From positions 372,001 to 436,000 of the forward strand of contig JBHGNT010000006.1 in NCBI GenBank assembly GCA_043228905.1: a DNA stretch of 64,000 nucleotides, given 5' to 3'. A program made the translations under genes and the position numbers. Shown in pieces: positions 43,701 to 57,100 of the stretch. Under the pieces are notes generated by a model. That model saw nothing but the letters and a program-made list of their open reading frames with translations. It did no database searches and was not told where the DNA came from. Source of the DNA: Azolla caroliniana. Lineage: Eukaryota; Plantae; Polypodiophyta. The stretch's first letter is position 1; every line of letters begins with the position of its first letter.

Positions 43701-46660
43701 CCGATATCACACGAGCCAGGTATGAACATTTTTATTTACTCAAGGGCTCCTCTCAACTCACTCCTCGAATTTGGTAATTTCGTCATGTCTCTCGACCTGA
43801 GTTTCAGAATCTTGATTTTTTAATTCTATATGATAGCTAGCGTTGTTATCTTCGATTCGCATGTTTGAACACAAAAATCCGATATCACACGAGCCAGGTA
43901 TGAACATTTTAATTTACCTACGAGCTCTTGTCAACTCAATCCTCAAATTTGGTAATTTCGTCATGTCTCTCGACCTGAGTTTCAAAATCTTGATTTTTTA
44001 ATTCTATGTATTAGCTAGCGTTGTTATCTTCGATTCGCATGTTTCAACACAAAAATCCGATATCACACGAGCCAGGTATGAACATTTTAATTTACCTACT
44101 AGCTCTTCTCAACTCAATACTCAAATTTGGTAATTTCGTCATGTCTCTCGACCTGAGTTTCAAAATCTTGATTTTTTAATTCCATATCATAGCTAGCGTT
44201 GTTAGCTTCGATTCGCATGTTTGAACACAAAAATCCGATATCACACGAGCCAGGTATGAACATTTTTATTTACTCAAGGGCTCCTCTCAACTCACTCCTC
44301 AAATTTTGTAATTACGTCATGTCTCTCGACCTGAGTTTCAACATCTTGATTTCTTAATTCCATATCATAGCTAGCGTTGTTAGCTTCGATTCGCATATTT
44401 GTACTCAAAAATCCGATATCACACGAGCCAGGTATGAACATTTTAATTTACCTACTAGCTCTTCTCAACTCACTCCTCAAATTTCGTAATTACGTCATGT
44501 CTCTGGACCTGAGTTTCAGAATCTTGAATTTTTAATTCCATATCATAGCTAGCGTTGTTAGCTTCGATTCGCATGTTTGAACACAAAAATCCGATATCAC
44601 ACGAGCCAGGTATGAACATTTTTATTTACTCAAGGGCTCCTCTCAACTCACTCCTCGAATTTGGTAATTTCGTCATGTCTCTCGACCTGAGTTTCAGAAT
44701 CTTGATTTTTTAATTCTATATGATAGCTAGCGTTGTTATCTTCGATTCGCATGTTTGAACACAAAAATCCGATATCACACGAGCCAGGTATGAACATTTT
44801 TATTTACTCAAGGGCTCCTCTCAACTCACTCCTCGAATTTGGTAATTTCGTCATGTCTCTCGACCTGAGTTTCAGAATCTTGATTTTTTAATTCTATATG
44901 ATAGCTAGCGTTGTTATCTTCGATTCGCATGTTTGAACACAAAAATCCGATATCACACGAGCCAGGTATGAACATTTTAATTTACCTACTAGCTCTTCTC
45001 AACTCAATCCTCAAATTTGGTAATTTCGTCATGTCTCTCGACCTGAGTTTCAAAATCTTGATTTTTTAATTCTATATAATAGCTAGCGTTGTTATCTTCG
45101 ATTCGCATGTTTCAACACAAAAATCCGATATCACACGAGCCAGGTATGAACATTTTAATTTACCTACTAGCTCTTCTCAACTCAATCCTCAAATTTGGTA
45201 ATTTCGTCATGTCTCTCGACCTGAGTTTCAAAATCTTGATTTTTTAATTCCATATCATAGCTAGCGTTGTTAGCTTCGATTCGCATGTTTGAACACAAAA
45301 ATCCGATATCACACGAGCCAGGTATGAACATTTTTATTTACTCAAGGGCTCCTCTCAACTCACTCCTCGAATTTGGTAATTTCGTCATGTCTCTCGACCT
45401 GAGTTTCAGAATCTTGATTTTTTAATTCTATATGATAGCTAGCGTTGTTATCTTCGATTCGCATGTTTGAACACAAAAATCCGATATCACACGAGCCAGG
45501 TATGAACATTTTTATTTACTCAAGGGCTCCTCTCAACTCACTCCTCGAATTTGGTAATTTCGTCATGTCTCTCGACCTGAGTTTCAGAATCTTGATTTTT
45601 TAATTCTATATGATAGCTAGCGTTGTTATCTTCGATTCGCATGTTTGAACACAAAAATCCGATATCACACGAGCCAGGTATGAACATTTTAATTTACCTA
45701 CGAGCTCTTGTCAACTCAATCCTCAAATTTGGTAATTTCGTCATGTCTCTCGACCTGAGTTTCAAAATCTTGATTTTTTAATTCTATGTATTAGCTAGCG
45801 TTGTTATCTTCGATTCGCATGTTTCAACACAAAAATCCGATATCACACGAGCCAGGTATGAACATTTTAATTTACCTACTAGCTCTTCTCAACTCAATCC
45901 TCAAATTTGGTAATTTCGTCATGTCTCTCGACCTGAGTTTCAAAATCTTGATTTTTTAATTCCATATCATAGCTAGCGTTGTTAGCTTCGATTCGCATGT
46001 TTGAACACAAAAATCCGATATCACACGAGCCAGGTATGAACATTTTTATTTACTCAAGGGCTCCTCTCAACTCACTCCTCAAATTTTGTAATTACGTCAT
46101 GTCTCTCGACCTGAGTTTCAACATCTTGATTTCTTAATTCCATATCATAGCTAGCGTTGTTAGCTTCGATTCGCATATTTGTACTCAAAAATCCGATATC
46201 ACACGAGCCAGGTATGAACATTTTAATTTACCTACTAGCTCTTCTCAACTCACTCCTCAAATTTCGTAATTACGTCATGTCTCTGGACCTGAGTTTCAGA
46301 ATCTTGATTTTTTAATTCCATATCATAGCTAGCGTTGTTAGCTTCGATTCGCATGTTTGAACACAAAAATCCGATATCACACGAGCTAGGTATGAACATT
46401 TTTATTTACTCAAGGGCTCCTCTCAACTCACTCCTCAAATTTTGTAATTACGTCATGTCTCTCGACCTGAGTTTCAAAATCTTGATTTTTTAATTCCATA
46501 TCATAGCTAGCGTTGTTAGCTTCGATTCGCATATTTGTACTCAAAAATCCGATATCACACGAGCCAGGTATGAACATTTTTATTTACTCAAGGGCTCCTC
46601 TCAACTCACTCCTCAAATTTGGTAATTACGTCATGTCTCTCGACCTGAGTTTCAGAATCT
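37787..46660. repeat. 178-bp satellite, second homogeneous block with 10-monomer (1780-bp) higher-order repeat
   Basis: Abrupt return to young consensus at 37787. Marker CTACGAGCTCTTG at 41251, 43031, 43921, 45701 (spacings 1780, 890, 1780). Confidence 0.93.
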
Positions 46661-49600
46661 TAATGTTTTAATTCCATATCATAGCTATCGTTCTTAGCTT
46701 CAATTCGCAAGTTTGACCTCAAAAATCCAGTAACACACGACCCAGGTATGAACATTTTCATTTACTCCCGGGCTCTTGTCTACGACCTCCTCAAGTTTGG
46801 TATTTTCTTCATATCTCTCGACGTGAGTATCAAAATCTTGATTTTTTAATCTCATATTATAGCTAGCATTGTAAGCTTCGATTCGCATGTTTGAACAAAA
46901 AAACCCGATATTACACGAGCCAGGTATGAACATTTTCATTGAACACAAAAATCCGATATCACACGAGCCAGGTATGAACATTTTAATTTACTCAAGGGCT
47001 CCTCTAAACTCCCTCCTCATGTTTGGTAATTTCGTCATGTCTCTCGACCTGAGTTTCAAAATCTTGATTTTTTAATTCCATATCATAGCTATTGTTGTTA
47101 GCTTCGATTCGCATGCTTCAACAATAAAACCGATATCACACGAGCCAAATATGAAAATTTTAATTTACCTACTAGCTCTTCCCAACTCACTCCTCAAATT
47201 TGGTAATTTCGTCATGTTTGTCGACCTGAGTTTCAAAATCTTGAATTTTTAATTCCATATCATAGCTAGCATTGTTAGCTTCGATTCGCATGCTTCAACA
47301 CAAAAATCCGATATCACACTCCCCAGGTATGAACATTTTAATTTACTCAAGGGCTCCTCTCAACTCACTCCTCATGTTTGCTAATTTCGTCATGTCTCTC
47401 GACCTGAGTTTCAAAATCTTGATTTTTTAATTCCATATCATAGCTAGCGTTGTTAGTTTCGATTCGTATGTTTGAACACAAAAATCCGATATTGGTAGCT
47501 TCGATTCGAATGTTAGACCTCAAAAATCCGATATCACATGACCCAGGTATGTATATTTTCATTTACTCCCTGGCTCATGTCTACAACCTCCTCAAGTTTG
47601 CTATTTTTGTCATGTCTCTCGACCTGAGTTTCAAAATCTTAATGTTTTAATTCCATATCATAGCTATCGTTCTTAGCTTCAATTCGCAAGTTTGACCTCA
47701 AAAATCCAGTAACACACGACCCAGGTATGAACATTTTCATTTACTCCCGGGCTCTTGTCTACGACCTCCTCAAGTTTGGTATTTTCTTCATATCTCTTGA
47801 CGTGAGTATCAAAATCTTGATTTTTTAATCTCATATTATAGCTAGCATTGTAAGCTTCGATTCGCATGTTTGAACACAAAAATCCGATATTGGTAGCTTC
47901 GATTCGAATGTTAGACCTCAAAAATCCGATATCACATGACCCAGGTATGTATATTTTCATTTACTCCCTGGCTCATGTCTACAACCTCCTCAAGTTTGCT
48001 ATTTTTGTCATGTCTCTCGACCTGAGTTTCAAAATCTTAATTTTTTAATTCCATATCATAGCTATCGTTCTTAGCTTCAATTCGCAAGTTTGACCTCAAA
48101 AATCCAGTAACACACGACCCAGGTATGAACATTTTCATTTACTCCCGGGCTCTTGTCTACGACCTCCTCAAGTTTGGTATTTTCTTCATATCTCTCGACG
48201 TGAGTATCAAAATCTTGATTTTTTAATCTCATATTATAGCTAGCATTGTAAGCTTCGATTCGCATGTTTGAACAAAAAAACCCGATATTACACGAGCCAG
48301 GTATGAACATTTTCATTGAACACAAAAATCCGATATCACACGAGCCAGGTATGAACATTTTAATTTACTCAAGGGCTCCTCTAAACTCCCTCCTCATGTT
48401 TGGTAATTTCGTCATGTCTCTCGATCTGAGTTTCAAAATCTTGATTTTTTAATTCCATATCATAGCTATCGTTGTTAGCTTCGATTCGCATGCTTCAACA
48501 ATAAAACCGATATCACACGAGCCAAATATGAAAATTTTAATTTACCTACTAGCTCTTCCCAACTCACTCCTCAAATTTGGTAATTTCGTCATGTCTGTCG
48601 ACCTGAGTTTCAAAATCTTGAATTTTTAATTCCATATCATAGCTAGCATTGTTAGCTTCGATTCGCATGCTTCAACACAAAAATCCGATATCACACTCCC
48701 CAGGTATGAACATTTTAATTTACCCAAGGGCTCCTCTCAACTCACTCCTCATGTTTGCTAATTTCGTCATGTCTCTCGACCTGAGTTTCAAAATCTTGAT
48801 TTTTTAATTCCATATCATAGCTAGCGTTGTTAGCTTCGATTCGCATGTTTGTACACAAAAATCTGATATCACAGTCTCCAGATATGAACATTTTCATTTA
48901 CTCAAGGGCTGCTCTCAACTCCCTCGTCAACGTTACTAATTTCGTCATGTCTCTCGACGTGAGTTTCAAAATCTTGATTTTTTAATTCCATATCATAGCT
49001 AGCGTTGTTAGCTTCGATTCGCATGTTTGAACACAAAAATCAGATATCACACGAGCCAGGTATGAACATTTTAATTTACTCAAGGGCTCCTTTGAACACC
49101 CTCCTCATGTTCGGTAATTTCGTCATGTCTCTCGACCTGAGTTTCAAAATCTTGATTTTTTAATTCCATATCATAGCTAGCATTGTTACCTTTGATTCGC
49201 ATGCTTCAACACAAAAATCCGATATCACACGAGCCAGTTATGAACATTTTAATTTACCTACTAGCTCTTCCCAACTCACTCCTAAAATTTGGTACTTTCC
49301 TCATGTCTCTCGACCTGAGTTTCAAAATCTTGATTTTTTAATTCCATATCTTTGCTAGCGTTGTTAGCATCGATTCGCATGCTTGAACGAAAAAATTCGA
49401 TATCACACGAGCTAGGTATGAACATTTTAATTCACTGAAGGGCTCCTCTCAACTCCCTCGTCAAGGTTGCTAATTTCGTCATGTCTCTCCAGCTGAGTTT
49501 TAAAATCTTGATTTTTTAATTCCATATCATAGCTAGCGTTGTTAGCTTCGATTCGCATGTTTGAACACAAAAATCGGATATCACACGAGCCAGGTATGAA

Positions 49601-52600
49601 CATTTTGATTTACTCAAGGGTTCTCCTCAACTCCCTCGTCAAGGCTGCTAATTTCGTCATGTCTCTCAACCTGAGTTTCAAAATCTTGATTTTTTAATTC
49701 CATATCATAGCTAGCGTTGTTAGCTTCGATTCGCATGCTTCAACACAAAAATCCGATATCACACGAGCCAGGTATGAACATTTTAATTTACTCAAGGGCT
49801 CCTCTCAACTCACTCCTCATGTTTGCTAATTTCGTCATGTCTCTCGACCTGAGTTTCAAAATCTTGACTTTTTAATTCCATATCATAGCTAGCGTTGTTA
49901 GTTTCGATTCGCATGTTTGAACACAAAAATCCGATATTGTTAGCTTCGATTCGAATGTTAGACCTCAAAAATCCGATATCACATGACTCAGGTATGTATA
50001 TTTTCATTTACTCCCTGGCTCATGTCTACAACCTCCTCAAGTTTGCTATTTTTGTCATGTCTCTCGAGCTGAGTTTCAAAATCTTGATGTTTTAAATCCA
50101 TATCATAGCTTCAATTCGCAAGTTTGACCTCAAAAATCCAGTAACACACGACCCAGGTATGAACATTTTCATTTACTCCCGGGCTCTTGTCTACGACCTC
50201 CTCAAGTTTGGTATTTTCTTCATATCTCTCGACGTGAGTTTCAAAATCTTGATTTTTTAATATCATATTATAGCTAGCATTGTAAGCTTCGATTCGCATG
50301 TTTGAACAAAAAAACCCGATATTACACGAGCCAGGTATGAACATTTTCATTGACTAACAGGCAATTGTCTACGACCTCCTCAAGTTTGCTATTTTCTTCA
50401 TGTTTCTCGACCTGAGTTTCAAAATTTTCATTTTAAAATTCCGAATCATAGCTAGCGTTATTAGCTTCGATTCACATGTTTTATCTCAGAAATCAGATAT
50501 GACACGACCCAGGTATGAACATTTTCTTTTACTATCGTGCTCTTGTCTACGACCTCCTCAAGTTTTCTATTTTCTTCATGTCTCTCGACATGAGTTTCAA
50601 AATCTTCATTTTTAAGTCCATATCATAGCTAGCGTTGTTACCTTCAATTCGAATGTTTGATCCTAAAAATCCGATATCTCATGACCCAGGTATGAATATT
50701 TTCATTTACTCCCGGGCTCTTGTCCACGACCTCCTGAAGTTTGGTATTTTGTTCATGTCTCTCGACCTGAGTTTTAAAATCTTGATGTTTTAATTCCATA
50801 TCATAGCTAGCGTTGTTAGCTTCGATTCACATGTTTGAACAGAAAAATCCGATATCACACGAGCCAGATATCACACGATATCTTGATTTTTAAATTTCAC
50901 ATCATAGCTAGCCTTGTAATCCTATATCATAGCTAGCATTGTCTACGACCTTGTTAAGTTTGCTATTTTCTTCATGCCTGTCAACCTGAGTTTTAAAATC
51001 TTGATTTTTATATTTCAGATCATAGCTAGCCTTGTAATCCTATATCAAATGACCCAGGTATGCATATTTTCATTTACTCCCGGGCTCTTGTCTACGACCT
51101 TGTGAAGTTTACTATTTTCTTTAGGTCTCTCGACCTGAGTTTCAAAATCTTGATTTTTTAATTCCATATCATAGCTAGCGTTGTTAGCTTCGAGTCGCAT
51201 GTTTGATCTAAGAAATCCAATATCACACGACCCAGGTCTGAACATTTTCATATACTCCCGGGCTGTTGTCTACGACCTGCTCAAGTTTGGTATTTTCTTC
51301 ATGTCTCTCGACCTCAGCTTCAAAATCTTGTTTTTTTAATTCCATATCATAGCTAGCCTTGTAATCCGATATCACATGAACCAAGTATGAATATTTTCAT
51401 TTACTCCCGGACTCTTGTCTACGACCTCGTCCAATTTGCTATTTTCTTCAGGTCTCTCGACCTGAGTTTCAAAATCTTGATTTTTTAATTCCATATCATA
51501 TCTAGCGTTGTTAGCTTCGATTCACATGTCTGATATAAAAAATCCGATATTACATGACCCAATTATGAATATTTTCATTTACTCCCGGGCTCTTGTCCAT
51601 GACCTCCTGAAGTTTGGTATTTTCTTCATGTCTCTCGACCTGAGTTTCAAAATCTTGATGTTTTAATTCCATATCATAGCTAGCATTGTTAACTTCAATT
51701 CGAATGTTAGAACTCAAAAATCCGATAACATACGACCCAGGTATGAACATTTTCATTTACTCCCGGGCTCATGTCTACAACCTCCTCAAGTTTGCTATTT
51801 CCGTCATGTCTCTCGAGCTGAGTTTCAAAATCTTGAGGTTTTAACTCCATATCATAGCTAGCGTTCTTAGCTTCGAGTCGCATGTTTGACCTCAAAAATC
51901 CGGTAACACACGACCCAGGTATGAACATTTTCATTTACTCCCGGGCTCTTGTCTACGACCTCCTCAAGTTTGGTATTTTCTTCATATCTCTCGACGTGAG
52001 TTTCAAAAACTTGATTTTTTAATTCCATATCATAGCTGGCAATGTAATCTTCGATTCACTTGTTTAAACACAAAAATCCTATATCACACGAGCCAGGTAT
52101 GAACATTTTCATTTACTAACGGGCCCTTGTCTACGACCTTGTCAAGTTTGCTATTTCCTTCATGTTTCTCGAACTGAGTTTCAAAATTTTCATTTTTAAA
52201 TTCTGAATCATAGCTAGCGTTATTAACTTCGATTCACATGTTTGATCTCAAAAATCAGATATGACACGACCCTGGTATGAACATTTTCTTTTACTACCGT
52301 GCTCTTGTCTACGACCTCCTCAAGTTTGCTATTTTCTTCATGTCTCTCGACCTGAGTTTCAAAATCTTGATTTTTAAGTCCATATCATAGCTAGCGTTGT
52401 TACCTTCAATTCCCATGTTTGATCCTAAAAATCCGATATCTCATGACCCAGGTATGAATATTTTCATTTACTCCCAGGCTCTTGTTTACGACCTCCTGAA
52501 GTTTGGTATTTTGTTCATGTCTCTCGACCTGAGTTTCAAAATCTTGATGTTTTGATTCCATATCATAGCTAGCATTGTAAGCTTCGATTCGCATGTTTGA

Positions 52601-53522
52601 CCTCAAAAATCCGATAACACATGACCCAGGTATGAACATTTTCATTTACTACCGGGCTCTTTTCTACGACCTCCTCATGTTTGGTATTTTCTTCATATCT
52701 CTCGACCTCAGTTTGAAAATTTTGATTTTTTAATTCCATATCATAACTAGCAATGTAGTCTTCGATTCACTTGTTTAAACACAAAAATCCTATATCACAC
52801 GAGCCAGGTATGGACATTTTCATTTACTACCGGGCTCTTGTCTACGACCTTCTCAAGTTTGCTATTTTCTTCATGTCTCTGGGCCTGAGTTTGAAAATCT
52901 TGAAGTTTTAATTCCATATCATAGCTAGCGTTTTTAGCTTCGATTCGCATGTTTTACCATAAAAATCCGATATCACACGAGCTAGGTATGAACATTTTAA
53001 TTTATTCCCGAGCACTTGTCTCGATCTTCTCAAGTTTCCCATTTTATTCATGTCTCTCCACCTAAGTTCAAAAATCTTGATTTTTTAATTCCATATCATA
53101 GCTAGCGTTGTTATCTTCGAATGGCTTGTATGACCTCAAAAATCCGATATCACACGACCCAGGTATGAACATTTTAATTTACTCCCGTGCTCTTGTCTAC
53201 GACCTCCTCAAGTTTGTTATTTTCTTCATGTCTCTCGACCTGAATTTGAAAATCTTGATTTTTAAGTCCATATCATAGCTAGCCTTGTAAGCTTCAATTC
53301 GCATGTTTAAGCACAAAAATCCGATATCACACGAGCCAGGTATGAACATTTTCATTTACTAACGGGCTCTTGTCTACGACCTTGTCAAGTTTGGTATTTT
53401 CTTCATATCTCTCGACCTCAGTTTGAAAATCTAGATTTTTTAACTCCATATCATAGCTAGCAATGTAATCTTCGATTCACATGTTTAAACACAAAAATCC
53501 GATATCACACGAGCCAGGTATG

Positions 53523-53843
53523 TGTTGGGATTTCGGTCCCTCCGGATGGGATGTCCGGAGATCAATGACGGCAAGCCCGGTTGCGGTTACGGAACCGGAT
53601 GATGAAGACCCCGGCTACGGAGCCGGATGATGAAGACCCCGGCTACGGAGCCGGATGACGAATGTACCCGGAGAGAGATCCGGATGCGGGGACATATTTG
53701 TGAATATGTTTGCCAAGGGCCCTTGAGGCTATATTTGTAAATAGCCCGAAAGTCATATGTGTATAAATATGACTTAGGGCAAACAGTTTTGTGTCTGTTA
53801 CTCATTTTTCTGGTTTTCCACTTAGAGGGAGCTAAGTGAGCAG

Positions 53844-53874
<31 letters not shown>

Positions 53875-54137
53875 GAAGAGGTCGTTGCCTCTGTGTATTA
53901 CCGCCGCCTGTGGCGAAGACAGTGAGCTCAAGGTTGTTGCCTTGTAGCCTCACCATTGTACATCTCTGTTTATAGTGATAGTTGGAGTTTGAGGACTCCC
54001 GTGGTTTTTCCCATTTAGGGTTTTCCATGTAAAACATCCTGTGTACCCTTCTCTCTATTGTCTTCGTGCATTTTGTATTTCCTATTTTCTGTGAGTTGAT
54101 CCTATTCCTCAGTTGTGGCCGAGCACTGTGTTTAACA
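53523..54137 (+). mobile_element. Second copy of the same solo LTR (615 bp)
   Basis: Same termini, same GTATG/GAATG flanks. By eye it differs by one GA unit and CCACGT>CCATGT. Confidence 0.88.
53846..53873. repeat. (GA)14 microsatellite within solo LTR copy 2
   Basis: Directly visible; one unit shorter than copy 1. Confidence 0.95.
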
Positions 54138-57100
54138 GAATGAACATTTTCATTTACTACCGGGCTCTTGTCTACGACCTTCTCAAGTTTGGTATTTTCT
54201 TCATGTCTTTCGACCTGAGTTTCAAAATCTTGAAGTTCTAATTCCATATCATAGCTAGCGTTGTTACCTTCGATTCGCATGTTTAACCACAAAAATCCGA
54301 TATCACACGAGCCAGGTATGAACATTTTAATTTATTCCCGAGCACTTGTCTCGATCTTCTCAAGTTTCCTATTTTCTTCATGTCTCTCCATCTGAGTTCA
54401 AAAATCTTGATTTTTTAATTTCATATCATAGCTAGCGTTGTTAGCTTCAAATGGCTTCTTTGACCTCAAAAATCCGATATCACACGACCCAGGTATGAAT
54501 ATTTTCATTTACTCCCGTGCTCTTGTCTACGACCTCCTCAAGTTTGCTATTTCCTTCATGTCTCTCGACCTGAGTTTGAAAATCTTGATTTTTAAGTCCA
54601 TATCATAGCTAGCCTTGTAAGCTTCAATTCGCATGTTTAAACACAAAAATCCGATATCACACGAGCTAGGTATGAACATTTTCATTTACTAATGGGCTCT
54701 TGTCTACGACCTTGTCAAGTTCTGTTGATGTTTTAATGCCATATCATAGCTACCGTCGTTAGCTTCGATTCGAATGTTTAATCTCAAAAATCCGATATCA
54801 CATGACCCAAGTATGGATATTTTCATTTACTCCCGGGCTCTTGTCTACGACCTCCTCAAGTTTGCTATTTTCTTCAGGTCTCTCCACCTGAGTTTCAAAA
54901 TCTTTATTTTTTAATTCCATATCATAGCAAGCGTTGTTAGCTTGGATTCGCATGTTTGATCTAAAAAATCCGATATCACATGACCCAATTATGAATATTT
55001 TCATTTATTCCCGGGCTCTTGTCTACGACCTCCTCAAGTTTGGTATTTTCGTCATGTCTCTCGAGCTAAGTTACAAAATCTTGATGTTTTAATTCCATAT
55101 CATAGCTATCGTTGTTAGCTTCAATTCGCATGTTTGACCTAAAAATCTAGTAACACACGATCCAGGTATGAACTTTTTCAAGTTTGCTATTTTCTTCATG
55201 TCTCTCGACCTGAGTGTCAAAGTCTTGATTTTTCAATTCCATATCATAGCTAGCGTTGTTAGCTTGAATTCACACATTTGATCTCAAAAATCAGATATGG
55301 CACGACCCAGGTATGAACATTTTCATTTACTCCCGTGTTGTTATCTACGACCTCCTCAACTTTGCTATTATCTTCATGTCTCTCGACCTGAGTTTCAAAA
55401 TCTTAATCTTTAACTTCATATCATAGCTCGCCTTGTGAGCTTCAATTCGCATGTTTAAACACAAAAATCCGATATCACATGACCCAGGTATGAACATTTT
55501 CATTTACTAACGGGCTCTTGTCTACGACCTTGTCATGTTTGCTATTTTCTTCATGTCTCTCGACCTGAGTTTCAAAATCTTGATTTTTTAATACAATATC
55601 ATAGCTAGCATTGTTACCTTTGATGTCAATGTTTGATCCTAATAATCTGATAGCACATGACCCAGGTATGAATATTTTAATTTACTCCCGGGCTCTTGTC
55701 TACGACCTCCTCAAGTTTGGTATTTTCTTGATGTCTCTCAACCTGAGTTTCAAAATCTTGATGTTTTAATTCGATATAATAGCTAGAATTGTTAGCTTCT
55801 ATTCGCATGTTTGACCTCAAAAATCCGATATCACACGACCCAGGTCTGAACATTTTCCTTTACTCCCGGGCTCTTTTCTACGAAGTTTGGTATTTTTTTC
55901 ATGTCTCTCCACGTGAGTGTCAAAGTCTTGATTTTTAAATTCCATATCATAGCTAGCCTTGTTAGCTTCGATTCTCATGTTTAATCTCAAAAATCCGATA
56001 TCACATAACCCCGGTATGTATATTTTCATTTACTCCTGGGCTTTTGTCTACGATCTCCTTAAGTTTGGTATTTTCTTCATATGTCTCGACCTAAGTTTCA
56101 AAATCTTCATTTTTTAATTCCATATCATAGCTAGCGTCGTTAGCTTCGATTCGAATGTTTAATCTCAAAAATCCGATATCGCATGACCCAGGTATGTATA
56201 TTTTCCAGTACTCCCGGGCTCTTGTCTACGACCTCCTCAAGTTTGGTATTTTCTTCATATCTCTCGACCTGAGTGTCAAAATCTTGATTTTTTAATTCCC
56301 TATCATAGCTAGTGTGGTTAGCTTCGATTGTCATGTTTAATCTCAGATATCCGATATCACATGACCCAGGTATGTATATTTTCATTTACTCTCGAGCTCT
56401 TCTCTACGACCTCCTCAAGTTTGGTATTTTCTTCATGTCTCTCGACCTGAGTTTCAAAATCTTGATGTTTTAATTCCATATCATAGCTAGCATTGTTAGC
56501 TTCGATTCGCATGTTTGACCTAAAAAATCCGATAACACACGACCTAGGTATGAACATTTTCATGTACTACCAAGCTCTTGTGTACGACTTCCTCAAGTTT
56601 GGTATTTTCTTCATATCTCTCGACCTGAGTTTGAAAATCTTAATTTTTAATTCCATATCATAGCTAGCAATGTAATCTTCGATTCCCATGTTTAAACACA
56701 AAAATCCGATATCACACGAGCCAGGTATGAACATTTTCATTTACTACCGGGCTCTTGTCTATGGCCTCCTCAAGTTTGCTATTGTCTGGATCTTTCTCGA
56801 CCTGAGTTTCAAAATCTGTAAGTTTTGTTTACATATCATAGCTAGCGTTGTTAACTTTGATGCGCATGTTTGATGTTAAAAATCCGATATCTCATGACCC
56901 AGGTATGAATATTTTCATTTACTCCCAGGCTCTTGTTTACGACCTCCTCAAGTTTGGTATTTTCGTGATGTCTCTCAACCTGAGTTTCAAAATCTTGATT
57001 TTTAAATTCAATATCATAGCTAACATTGTTAGCTTTGATTTGCATGTTTGACCTTAAAAATCCGATATCACACAACCCAGGCTGAACATTTTCATTTACT

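Noticed and set aside
1-46660. CRISPR-like constant/variable periodicity
   Set aside because: The whole 178-bp unit repeats, variable blocks have only 2-3 alleles, there are no unique spacers or cas genes, and the context is eukaryotic.
35879-54137. Full-length 18-kb LTR retrotransposon bounded by two near-identical LTRs
   Set aside because: The interior is pure satellite, each LTR has its own TSD pair, and identity extends kilobases into both flanks. It is a segmental duplication of a solo LTR.
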